The notes: a model not told the origin generated them from the sequence alone. 25,319 bases of DNA from a virus (IMGVR_UViG_3300049601_000003:1-25319), one strand, 5' to 3'. Shown: positions 1 through 7,734, counted from the stretch's first letter. Made by a program: numbers and translations.

Positions 1-2
1 GC

Positions 3-236
3 ACCTACAGCAGCACGGCTGACTGTGTCGAAGTTCTGCAGAGAGCGTGCGGCGGTCGCCTGATTGACGGCGAAGACCCGAGAAGCGTACGCCTCATACG
101 GGACACCAAGAACCCCATGTACGACGCCATTCTCCTTCGCGAAGGTGGCTACACCAAGCTACTCAACAGCATCAAGCGGGGCGAGCTGGACCTGGACAAG
201 CTGGAGAGGTACGCTGGTGAAGGCGCGCAAGAGTAG
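3..236 (+). CDS. DUF397 (BldB-like) family protein, 5' truncated by the window edge
   Basis: Not in the ORF track; translated by hand in frame 3: TYSSTADCVEVLQRACGGRLIDGEDPRSVRLIRDTKNPMYDAILLREGGYTKLLNSIKRGELDLDKLERYAGEGAQE*. Fits the DUF397 pattern S-x-S..CVEV...RD(S/T)K-x-P...(W/Y)..(F/L)...(V/I)K-x-G. Confidence 0.7.
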   Translation, partial: TYSSTADCVEVLQRACGGRLIDGEDPRSVRLIRDTKNPMYDAILLREGGYTKLLNSIKRGELDLDKLERYAGEGAQE

Positions 237-459
237 TTACAGCGAAGCGATGGACTGTGTGCGAGTCATGCAGCGCGAGACCCCAGGACGCCTCCTTGAA
301 GGCGAAGACCCTCGAAAGATCCGTATCATCCAGGACACGAAGCTTCCCTCCTGGGGAGTCATCTTCCTAGGCGAGAGGACGTACCAGAACTTCTTGGCGG
401 ATGTCAAGCGGGGTAGGTACGACCTGGACAAGCTGACCGAGTCAAAGAGTTACGAGTAG
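217..459 (+). CDS. DUF397 (BldB-like) family protein, second tandem paralogue
   Basis: GTG at 217 preceded by GGAGAGG, a better start than 64. MKARKSSYSEAMDCVRV...IQDTKLP...YQNFLADVKRGRYDLDKL contains the RKSSYS..CV and DTK-x-P signatures and aligns with the upstream ORF. Confidence 0.72.
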   Translation: MKARKSSYSEAMDCVRVMQRETPGRLLEGEDPRKIRIIQDTKLPSWGVIFLGERTYQNFLADVKRGRYDLDKLTESKSYE

Positions 460-518
460 GTCAGCAAATGTGTCCACTCAATGATAACTGTTCATGTCAC
501 GAAGATGAAGGAGCACTA

Positions 519-683
519 ATGGCTAAGTCCGACGTCCCGCCGAAGGGTAGCAAGAAGGTCGCGCCGAGCAAGAAGACGGGCAAGGTGCCGCCGGAGTCCA
601 AGCCGGGCAACGCCAAGTCCAAGGAGGCTGGCAGGAAGGGCGCGCAGAAGTCCGGCAACATGGGCTTTGGCAAGAAGAAGTGA
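519..683 (+). CDS. small Lys/Gly-rich basic protein with a KGG-like motif
   Basis: ATG at 519 after RBS GAAGGAG. MAKSDVPPKGSKK...KEAGRKGAQKSGNMGFGKKK; strong GC3 codon bias; GTGA overlap with the next gene. Confidence 0.7.
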   Translation: MAKSDVPPKGSKKVAPSKKTGKVPPESKPGNAKSKEAGRKGAQKSGNMGFGKKK

Positions 684-892
684 AGCAGACGCAGCGCATC
701 GGCTACCGAAAGAGTGCCAGTCCTACCTACCGAGATGGTGCAGCAACCATCATGGGTGTGCAGATGAGTGTCTGCCAGGCAGGTCTGCACATCTGCAAGC
801 ACCGAGGTAGCAAGCCGGATCCGCACGGCAGCAAGCAGCGACGACGTGCACGCAACAAGGTTGCACGTGCCTCCCGCAGAGCTAACCGATGA
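680..892 (+). CDS. hypothetical small Arg-rich protein
   Basis: 70-aa ORF coupled by 4-bp overlaps at both ends (GTGA, ATGA); very basic C-terminus. Confidence 0.65.
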   Translation: MKQTQRIGYRKSASPTYRDGAATIMGVQMSVCQAGLHICKHRGSKPDPHGSKQRRRARNKVARASRRANR

Positions 893-1677
893 CAGCTACT
901 GCAGAGAACACTGGCAAGCTTACGCCTAGCAGCCTTGGCGGGCTAAGGGTTGCTGCTGTTCGGGAGCGGCCCAAGACCATCAACATGCTCGTCTACGGTG
1001 ACTCCGGTGTTGGCAAGACACAGATCACCGGGTCAGCAGACGCTGTGCCTGAGATGCGTCCCATCCTCGTCATCGACGTCGAGGGTGGTACGCTCACACT
1101 GGCTCATACGTACCCGGACGCTGAAGTCGTTCGTGTGCAGAGCTGGGACGACATGCAGCGGCTGTACAACGAGCTGTACCGAGGGGATCATCCCTACAGG
1201 ACCGTTGTCCTGGACTCGCTCGGTGAGATCCAAAAGTTCTCCATGTACCAGATCATGAAGGACCTGGTTGCTCGGGAACCGAGTAGAGACCCGGACATCC
1301 CCAGTATGCGGGAGTGGGGTAAGAACATCGAGCAGATGCGGCTCTTCGTTCGTGCCTTCCGCGACCTGCCCATGAACGCCCTCTTCACCTGTCTTGCCAA
1401 GCAGGACAAGGACCCGAAGACGGGTACAGTGAAGACGCTGCCTCAGCTGCCTGGCAAGCTGGCTAACGAGGTAGCAGCCTTCCTGGACATCGTGACGTAC
1501 ATGTACGTCAAGAACATCAAGGAAGGAGAGGCGTACGTCCGTAAGCGCTTCCTGCTTACGGGTGCAACAGAAACCCAGGTGGCTAAGGACCGCTCAGGCA
1601 GTCTGCCCCTGGTACTAGAGGAACCGACGATGCGTGACATCTACGACTACGCAATCAATCGAAAGGCAAACGCGTGA
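889..1677 (+). CDS. Sak4-like / AAA_24 RecA-fold ATPase (single-strand annealing/recombination)
   Basis: Walker A YGDSGVGKT, IDVEGG, Walker B VVLDSL and C-terminal AKDRSG-x-LP; directly followed by a DUF669-like SSB, the usual Sak4 pairing. Confidence 0.85.
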   Translation: MTATAENTGKLTPSSLGGLRVAAVRERPKTINMLVYGDSGVGKTQITGSADAVPEMRPILVIDVEGGTLTLAHTYPDAEVVRVQSWDDMQRLYNELYRGDHPYRTVVLDSLGEIQKFSMYQIMKDLVAREPSRDPDIPSMREWGKNIEQMRLFVRAFRDLPMNALFTCLAKQDKDPKTGTVKTLPQLPGKLANEVAAFLDIVTYMYVKNIKEGEAYVRKRFLLTGATETQVAKDRSGSLPLVLEEPTMRDIYDYAINRKANA

Positions 1678-2210
1678 GCGACGACCTGATGAGCGGCGAC
1701 GCGATGGACTTCAGTATCGACTTCACCAACGTCGAGACTCGGAACTTCGACCCGATGCCGCTGGGTAAGTACCTGGTGGCGGTTACCGACTTCGAGGCCA
1801 AGGAGTGCGGCCCGAACTCCAAGAACGCTGGAGCGCCCCTCCACCAGTTCGAGTTCACCGTGCAGGAGCCCAAGGAAGTCGACGGCTACGGCAAGGTCGA
1901 GGGCCGCAAGCTCTGGTCCAACATGATGCCGACGGTCTCCGCAACGCTCTTCAACCTGAAGGGCTTCCTCGGAGCTCTCGGCTACGACGTCGAGGGCAAG
2001 CTCGACTACAACCCGACCAGGATCCTCGCTGCACCCTTCGAGGAGCGACTGCTCGTCGTCAAGGTCGTCATCCAGGGACCGCGTCAGGACCCGAGGGACC
2101 CGAGCAAGACGTACGACGCCCGTAACGAGATCAAGGCCTACTTCCCGGCGGAGAGCTGGGATGGTGTGAAGGCCTCGGCGACTAACGAATCCAAGTCGCT
2201 CCTGCCGTAA
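1674..2210 (+). CDS. DUF669-like single-stranded DNA-binding protein
   Basis: N-terminal IDFTNVE..FDPMPLGKY-x-V-x-V, GRKLW, LFNLKGFLGALG and C-terminal RNEIKAY; position after the Sak4-like gene. Confidence 0.75.
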   Translation: MSDDLMSGDAMDFSIDFTNVETRNFDPMPLGKYLVAVTDFEAKECGPNSKNAGAPLHQFEFTVQEPKEVDGYGKVEGRKLWSNMMPTVSATLFNLKGFLGALGYDVEGKLDYNPTRILAAPFEERLLVVKVVIQGPRQDPRDPSKTYDARNEIKAYFPAESWDGVKASATNESKSLLP

Positions 2211-2224
2211 GTAGTGCAGACGGG

Positions 2225-2432
2225 CCGGTGTTGGCTGTGAGCGTTCGTCATACGTTCTACTTCCTTGTCATGGAAGCAGCTAGCGGTAGATGCAGGACCG
2301 GGAGCGGGAGGGTACCCCGCACAACACGGAGGGACCTCGACGAGGTTGCCGTAGTCAAGTCCTAGGCAGAGTGCACTTTGATCCGATGTACTCTATGACG
2401 GGCGGCGCTCAGTAGAGGTTCGAGGTCCCTCC
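2225..2432 (+). ncRNA. candidate structured ncRNA or ssDNA structural element in the SSB-primase spacer
   Basis: The 254-nt gap has no ORF of 60 aa or more. Stems: 2230-2237/2277-2284 closes two hairpins (2239-2257, 2260-2276); hairpin 2304-2320; a perfect 13-bp helix GGAGGGACCTCGA/TCGAGGTCCCTCC (2328-2340/2420-2432) encloses further stems (2348-2352/2402-2406, 2354-2357/2396-2399, 2368-2375/2387-2394). Mismatches in these stems are G-U on the + strand. Confidence 0.55.
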
Positions 2433-2464
2433 TCTCCACCCAGTGCTGTGAAGGGCGGCTATAC

Positions 2465-4657
2465 TTGGCTCATTCTGAGTTCTACGCATCACGCAAGACG
2501 TTCTTCCGAGCGTTGTATAGCGGCACTGAGGGCTACATCGTACTGGCTACAATGGACACTGACCTGAATGACTTTCAGGAGGAGTTCTTCAAGTGGCCAA
2601 GCGAGATGGAGACGTTCCTCGATCGCATCGAAAGCATCGAAGGACGAAACGTTTACTACTGCCCGCAGGTGTTCAACGAGCCACGCAGGCTCAAGAAGAC
2701 GGTAGCGTACACTACCTGTGCATGGGCTGACCTTGACACGTGCCACCCCGATGACCTAGCACTAGAACCATCCATCACAATCATGTCGTCACCTGGTAAG
2801 TACCAGGGCATCTGGTTGTTCGACAGGCTCCTCGAACCCGATGTAGCAGAGAACATCTCGAGGAGAATCGCGGCAGCATACAAGTCCAACGGTGCCGACC
2901 ACTGCTGGAACTTGGGTAGGCTACTTCGTGTCCCGTACACGATGAACTACAAGTACGTGTCACCGCACACAGTGACGGTAGTCAAGACTACTGAAGGCGG
3001 ACGTTTTAGGCCTGCGGAGTTCGATGTCTTCCCGCAGGTGCAAGGCAACGAGTACATGGACATCCCGTTCCCTGGTGACCTCCCCCAGGAGACGGCAGAG
3101 GAACTCATGGAGATACACAAGTACGACATCTCCGACAAGGCGCGCGAACTATACCAGTTCACTCCTCCCCCAGGAGAGTCTTGGTCACACCCCCTGTGGA
3201 GTTTGCTCATGCACCTCTTCGAGGCTGGGCTCACTAAAGAACAGGTGTTCGTCGTAGCCAATGAGGCTGCATGCAACAAGTTCAAGCGTGATCGAAAGCC
3301 TCCGGAGTACCTCTGGTCGGACGTATGCCGCGCCTTCTTTCGCAACAAATTCCACACGGGGGTGATGCGCCCGCGCGGCATAGAGGCAGAGCCGCCACTC
3401 CTAACGGACGCAGAGCAAGCTATCGCTGAACGACAGAACACCTTCGTAGAGAGGTACATCGATTGGGCATCTGGTCTCGGCGACGCCGCACCTCAGTATC
3501 ATCAGGCGGGCGCCTTCGTAAACTTGTCAAGTCTGTTGGCAGGCTCTGTAAAGCTGCCAACGAGCTTTGGGACGGTGGTGCCTAACCTCTGGTTCATGAT
3601 CCTGGCGGACACCACGCTGACTCGTAAGACGACGTCCATGGACATCGCCATGGATATGGCAGGCGAGGTGGATCCAGATGTACTCCTAGCGACTGACGGA
3701 TCCATCGAGGGACTGTTTACCGCCCTTGCAGCCAGGCCTGGAAGACCATCTGTCTTCCTGCGCGACGAGTTCTCTGGTCTCCTAGAACAGATGAACAAGC
3801 GGGACTACATGGCAGGGTTCGCTGAGATGCTAACCAAGCTGTACGACGGTAAGCAGCAGAAGCGACTACTACGACGTGAGGTCGTCGAAGTCAAGAATCC
3901 CGTCGTCATCCTGTACACGGGTGGTATCCGTAGCAAGGTGCAGGAGATCCTGACTGATGAGCAGATCGCATCAGGCTTCCTACCCCGGTTCATCTTCATC
4001 ACAGCTGAGTCGGACATCAACAGGGTCCAGCCACTCGGTCCGCCAACGGAGAAGGACTGGGGCGAGCGAGGTACACTGATGGACGAGCTCCGCGATCTCT
4101 CTGCAGCCTACACTGCTATGGAGCAGGTGAAGGTCAAAGGCAAGCTCGTGACCACGCATAACAAGCGCGTGTGGACCGCAGAGCTCACGTCGCAAGCGTG
4201 GACTAGGTACAACGCGCTTGAGACCTCTCTGATGAAGTCTGGAGTCAAGTCAGAGAAGCCCGAAGTGTTCACGCCCATGTATGACCGACTAGCCAAGTCG
4301 CTGTTGAAGGCAGCAGTGCTGTTGGCCGCGAGTCGGCAAGCTGGCTGCGAACGAGTACTAGTCGAGCTCAGAGACATCGTACATGCTGCACACTACGGAC
4401 AGAAGTGGAGGGAGTACGCTAAGGAAGTAGTCATCAACGTTGGTCACAGCCGTGACGAGAAGCGCATCATGACGATCTACAATGCGATCCTTCGTAGTGC
4501 AGGTATCGCACGTAGCGCACTCATGCAGGCCTACCACCTATCATCTCGAGATGCCAATGCCGCCCTGGAGACACTCGAACAACGTGGACTCATCACGCGC
4601 ACACGAGTTGGCAGAACCGAGATGATCAAGCCCAACATCTCTTCGGAGGAAGAATGA
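2465..4657 (+). CDS. DNA primase/helicase: N-terminal RepB-type primase domain plus C-terminal DUF3987-like P-loop helicase
   Basis: Primase motifs AWADLD, SSPGKYQGIW and LLRVPYTMNYKY; helicase region ADTTLTRKTT (Walker A-like), FLRDEF (Walker B) and SGFLPRF; C-terminal winged-helix-like LETLEQRGLI. Confidence 0.85.
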   Translation: MAHSEFYASRKTFFRALYSGTEGYIVLATMDTDLNDFQEEFFKWPSEMETFLDRIESIEGRNVYYCPQVFNEPRRLKKTVAYTTCAWADLDTCHPDDLALEPSITIMSSPGKYQGIWLFDRLLEPDVAENISRRIAAAYKSNGADHCWNLGRLLRVPYTMNYKYVSPHTVTVVKTTEGGRFRPAEFDVFPQVQGNEYMDIPFPGDLPQETAEELMEIHKYDISDKARELYQFTPPPGESWSHPLWSLLMHLFEAGLTKEQVFVVANEAACNKFKRDRKPPEYLWSDVCRAFFRNKFHTGVMRPRGIEAEPPLLTDAEQAIAERQNTFVERYIDWASGLGDAAPQYHQAGAFVNLSSLLAGSVKLPTSFGTVVPNLWFMILADTTLTRKTTSMDIAMDMAGEVDPDVLLATDGSIEGLFTALAARPGRPSVFLRDEFSGLLEQMNKRDYMAGFAEMLTKLYDGKQQKRLLRREVVEVKNPVVILYTGGIRSKVQEILTDEQIASGFLPRFIFITAESDINRVQPLGPPTEKDWGERGTLMDELRDLSAAYTAMEQVKVKGKLVTTHNKRVWTAELTSQAWTRYNALETSLMKSGVKSEKPEVFTPMYDRLAKSLLKAAVLLAASRQAGCERVLVELRDIVHAAHYGQKWREYAKEVVINVGHSRDEKRIMTIYNAILRSAGIARSALMQAYHLSSRDANAALETLEQRGLITRTRVGRTEMIKPNISSEEE

Positions 4658-5427
4658 CCGACTGCGTCGCCATCGTCTCAGGTGGCCTCGACTCCACGAC
4701 GCTCGCCTACGACCTCGTAGCGGACGGCCACAAGCCGCACCTGCTCGCCTTCGACTACGGTCAGCGTCACAGCAAGGAACTGCAGTATGCACAGCGCACG
4801 GCGACTCAGCTCAAGCTCGACTTCACCCTCGTCGATCTGCGGAGTGTGACCAAGCTCATCAGCAACAGTGCGCTTACCGGGGACGATGATGTCCCTGAGG
4901 GCCACTACGCCGAGAGCAACATGAACCTCACGGTCGTCCCGAACCGCAACATGATCATGCTGTCCATCGCAGCTGGTGCGGCTGTCAACAGCAAGTGTGA
5001 GTTCGTCGCTACTGGCGTACACGCAGGCGATCACTGGGTCTACCCGGATTGCCGTCCGCGCTTCATCTCCTCGGTAGCACGAACTGTCATCCTCGGCAAC
5101 GAAGGCTTCGGTGCCATCCCTACTCTCGATGATGGTGAAGCACCGTCCGATGACTTCATCAGGGCCCCGTACCTGACCTTCCTCAAGGAGGACATCGCCT
5201 ACCGAGCATTCCAGCTGGGCGTTCCGGTTCACGAGACCTGGAGCTGCTACAAGGGTCGAAGCGCTCACTGCGGCCGATGCGGCACCTGCGTCGAGCGCCT
5301 CGAGGCCATCGCTGAGGCTCAGGCGCGATACATGAAGGAGACAGGTAACCTCGAGCTGCCCGACTCCTGGCAGGACTACACGGAGTACGAGGACACCGAG
5401 TACTGGAAGCACGCCATCAGCAAGTAA
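4654..5427 (+). CDS. queC: 7-cyano-7-deazaguanine (preQ0) synthase QueC
   Basis: PP-loop SGGLDSTT, FDYGQRH, VVPNRN, YPDCRP and Zn motif TWSCY-x6-CGRCGTCVER. Confidence 0.96.
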   Translation: MTDCVAIVSGGLDSTTLAYDLVADGHKPHLLAFDYGQRHSKELQYAQRTATQLKLDFTLVDLRSVTKLISNSALTGDDDVPEGHYAESNMNLTVVPNRNMIMLSIAAGAAVNSKCEFVATGVHAGDHWVYPDCRPRFISSVARTVILGNEGFGAIPTLDDGEAPSDDFIRAPYLTFLKEDIAYRAFQLGVPVHETWSCYKGRSAHCGRCGTCVERLEAIAEAQARYMKETGNLELPDSWQDYTEYEDTEYWKHAISK

Positions 5428-5457
5428 GAACAGAACCCACAACAAGGAGAACAAGTC

Positions 5458-5970
5458 ATGAAGTTCGGAAAGCTCATCGCCTCGACCATCGCTACCGCCG
5501 TCGCTACGCTCTCGATGAACGTCGTCGCGCCTACCACTGCGCACGCTGCAGTCAGTAAACAGAGTGCCGTGCAGCAGGCTGCCGCTGCCACGAAGGCCTC
5601 CAAGGCATTGGCTTGGGCCAAGACGCAAGACGACAAGTACTACTGCTACGGCGGTGAGGGACCGCGTTGCTACGACTGCAGTGGCCTGGTCCAGACCGCC
5701 TACAAGAAGCAGGGTATCTCGCTCCCGCGGACGTCCGGGGACCAACGTGCCTCATCAAAGACTGTGCACGTCTCGCGCTACGCTGCTGCACCGGGCGACC
5801 TGGTCTTCAGTAGCAATAACGGCCACGTCGACCTCCTGGCGAAGAAGCCCTACAAGAAGAACGGCAAGTGGTACACCGTAGTCTTCGGAGCAGGCAGTTC
5901 CAAGACCGGGATCCGATACCGTACCTTCTCGTACGTGCCTCACATCGAACGCGTCAAGGGGGCCAGGTGA
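5458..5970 (+). CDS. secreted NlpC/P60 family peptidoglycan hydrolase
   Basis: Signal peptide MKFGK-hydrophobic-AHA; Y-x-YGG-x-GP..YDCSGLVQ-x-AY, LPRTS, PGDLVF and GHV catalytic Cys/His motifs; RBS AAGGAG. Confidence 0.9.
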   Translation: MKFGKLIASTIATAVATLSMNVVAPTTAHAAVSKQSAVQQAAAATKASKALAWAKTQDDKYYCYGGEGPRCYDCSGLVQTAYKKQGISLPRTSGDQRASSKTVHVSRYAAAPGDLVFSSNNGHVDLLAKKPYKKNGKWYTVVFGAGSSKTGIRYRTFSYVPHIERVKGAR

Positions 5971-5971
5971 C

Positions 5972-6088
5972 ATGCCCTGGGGGCAGTTCTTCACCTTCGT
6001 CGGTCAGGTGGCAATAGTCATCTTCCTGCTGTTCATCGTTGCAGCGATGATTAGCGTAGTGATCGACCACTTCAACAAGAGGAACTAG
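5972..6088 (+). CDS. small single-pass membrane protein (38 aa)
   Basis: Hand-translated MPWGQFFTFVGQVAIVIFLLFIVAAMISVVIDHFNKRN*; fills the gap between NlpC/P60 and queD with 1-bp spacing on each side. Confidence 0.65.
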   Translation: MPWGQFFTFVGQVAIVIFLLFIVAAMISVVIDHFNKRN

Positions 6089-6089
6089 T

Positions 6090-6551
6090 ATGGTGCAGAG
6101 CATCTCCGTCAAGCACAACTTCGAAGCAGCGCACAGACTGTATACGACCCCTGGCAAGTGTCAGGCGATTCACGGTCACTCGTTCTGGGCCACGCTGACG
6201 CTGTACGGTCCCGTCGACGCCAACGGGCTAGTGTGCAGCATCGACTTCGGAGATCTCAAGAAGGCGTACAGGTCCTACCTGGACAACAACTTCGACCATC
6301 ACATCCTGCTCAACCAGGATGACCCCTGGGCACAGCCACTCGCACCGAGCAAGGAGCCGTACCACCCGCACGGCGTAGAGTTCGTCCGTCTGCCAGGACT
6401 CAAGCCCGTCCCGGAAGATCCCACGACGGAGAACCTCGCCCGTTGGATTGGTGAGTACATGACCGAGCAGGTCCAGGGGAACAACGTCGAGCGCATCCTG
6501 GTTCAGGTTCAGGAGACGGCCGTCAACGGGGCCTCATGGAGGTCTTCTTAG
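6090..6551 (+). CDS. queD: 6-carboxy-5,6,7,8-tetrahydropterin synthase QueD
   Basis: FEAAHRL, KC-x3-HGHS, IDFGDLK, FDHH-x-LLN, PTTENLA and VQET motifs. Confidence 0.94.
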   Translation: MVQSISVKHNFEAAHRLYTTPGKCQAIHGHSFWATLTLYGPVDANGLVCSIDFGDLKKAYRSYLDNNFDHHILLNQDDPWAQPLAPSKEPYHPHGVEFVRLPGLKPVPEDPTTENLARWIGEYMTEQVQGNNVERILVQVQETAVNGASWRSS

Positions 6552-7006
6552 TGAGACGCTACCTCGAACGGAACGGCCACCTACGGCGTTGGGGTGCCGT
6601 CTACATCCTGACAATTCTGTTCCTGGGTTCATGGCTTGGACAAGCCATCACTATGTGGGACCAGGGCTGGAATGAGTTCTGGGCAGCAACGTTCGAGAAC
6701 TGGCAGTCCGAGTGGCTACAGCTGATCTTCCAGGCAGTACTGCTACTCGGTGCCAAGCACTGGTTGTTCCGTATCGATGCAGAAGACCTCGAGCGGATCG
6801 AACACAAAGTAGACCTGCTACGTCCGGAGCCTACCCCAGGTGTCATCGACCTCGGTGAGGTTGTACCCGGACAACGCATGCTGATCCGAGGAGCACGTTA
6901 CAACGTGACAGAGATCAGCATGGACCTAGGAGGCAACCTCAACATCGGTCTACAGATCGACCTCGTGTATCGCGGGAAGCGTATCTACAGAGAAGGAGGT
7001 CGGTGA
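6536..7006 (+). CDS. membrane protein, DUF6766-like N-terminal part plus a soluble C-terminal extension (start may be GTG 6551)
   Basis: Two hydrophobic segments and the motif FWAATFENWQSEWLQL, resembling the FENWQSE(F/W)LQ signature I recall for DUF6766. Confidence 0.55.
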   Translation: MEVFLVRRYLERNGHLRRWGAVYILTILFLGSWLGQAITMWDQGWNEFWAATFENWQSEWLQLIFQAVLLLGAKHWLFRIDAEDLERIEHKVDLLRPEPTPGVIDLGEVVPGQRMLIRGARYNVTEISMDLGGNLNIGLQIDLVYRGKRIYREGGR

Positions 7007-7734
7007 TGCGTCTACTAGAACACTATGCAAGTGTTCAAGGTGAAGGCCCTCGTACAGGAACACCAACACAGTTCGTACGTTTCGCTGGGTGCAACCTTCG
7101 TTGCCCTGGGTGGCCGTGCGATACGCCGTTCGCCATCGAGCCCAAGCAGTGGCGGAAAGAAGCTCAGTACCCGTCTAACAACGATCTCCTCGACAAGATT
7201 CAACGCATGGCGGAGGAGCAGGGTGCGAGGAACATCTGCCTTACCGGGGGAGAGCCTCTCTTGCAGCCAACCAACGCTATCGTGCGACTAGCACAGCGCG
7301 CTGTGTGCAACCTCGGCTGCACCGTCGAAACATTCACGAACGGCTCACGGCGTATTCCAGCACAGCTGACGACCTGGTCGTCGTTCGTGATGGACTGGAA
7401 GCTTGCTGGCAGTGGTGAGAAGTTCAGTCCCGAGTACGAAAGCAACAGGCGGGCGAACGTCGATCTCCTGAACGTGTATCGCCACAGCGGTACACAGAAC
7501 AGCATCAAGTTCGTCTGCAAGGACGTGGACGACCTCCACGAGGCACTAGACATCTACGAGGAACTGGATCTAGTTGTCTGGTCTGGCAACGTGTACTTCG
7601 GTGTAGTCTGGGGTGGCGACCTCAAGGCTGGAGACCTAGTAGACAGACTCCTCGTCGCGAACCCTGGACGGAACTGGTACCTCAACGTCCAGACTCACAA
7701 CTACATCTTCAATCCGCAGGAGCGTGGTCGATGA
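7003..7734 (+). CDS. queE: 7-carboxy-7-deazaguanine synthase QueE (radical SAM)
   Basis: SVQGEG-x2-TG-x-P-x2-FVRFAGCNLRCPGWPCDT, LTGGEPLLQ, TNGS, IKFV and C-terminal VQTH. Confidence 0.93.
   Translation: MMRLLEHYASVQGEGPRTGTPTQFVRFAGCNLRCPGWPCDTPFAIEPKQWRKEAQYPSNNDLLDKIQRMAEEQGARNICLTGGEPLLQPTNAIVRLAQRAVCNLGCTVETFTNGSRRIPAQLTTWSSFVMDWKLAGSGEKFSPEYESNRRANVDLLNVYRHSGTQNSIKFVCKDVDDLHEALDIYEELDLVVWSGNVYFGVVWGGDLKAGDLVDRLLVANPGRNWYLNVQTHNYIFNPQERGR

Noticed and set aside
64-216. N-terminal extension of the 64-459 ORF in the track
   Set aside because: It overlaps the DUF397-like gene in another frame; the real start is more likely GTG 217, which has an RBS.
2225-2441. Possible tRNA or tmRNA gene (GGTTCGA...CTCCACC resembles a T-arm and 3' end)
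   Set aside because: No consistent cloverleaf: the T-stem does not close a 7-nt loop, and there is no matching acceptor stem or D-arm.
2414-2450. AGAGG-UUCGAGGUCCCU-CCUCU resembles P1 and loop of a class I preQ1 riboswitch, upstream of a que-containing unit
   Set aside because: The essential A-rich 3' tail and pseudoknot partner are absent (it is followed by CCACCCAGUG), and the segment is better explained by the 13-bp helix with 2328-2340. A cmscan would settle it.
4678-5745. 355-aa antisense ORF
   Set aside because: Shadow of queC and NlpC/P60, expected from GC-rich codon bias; no motifs.
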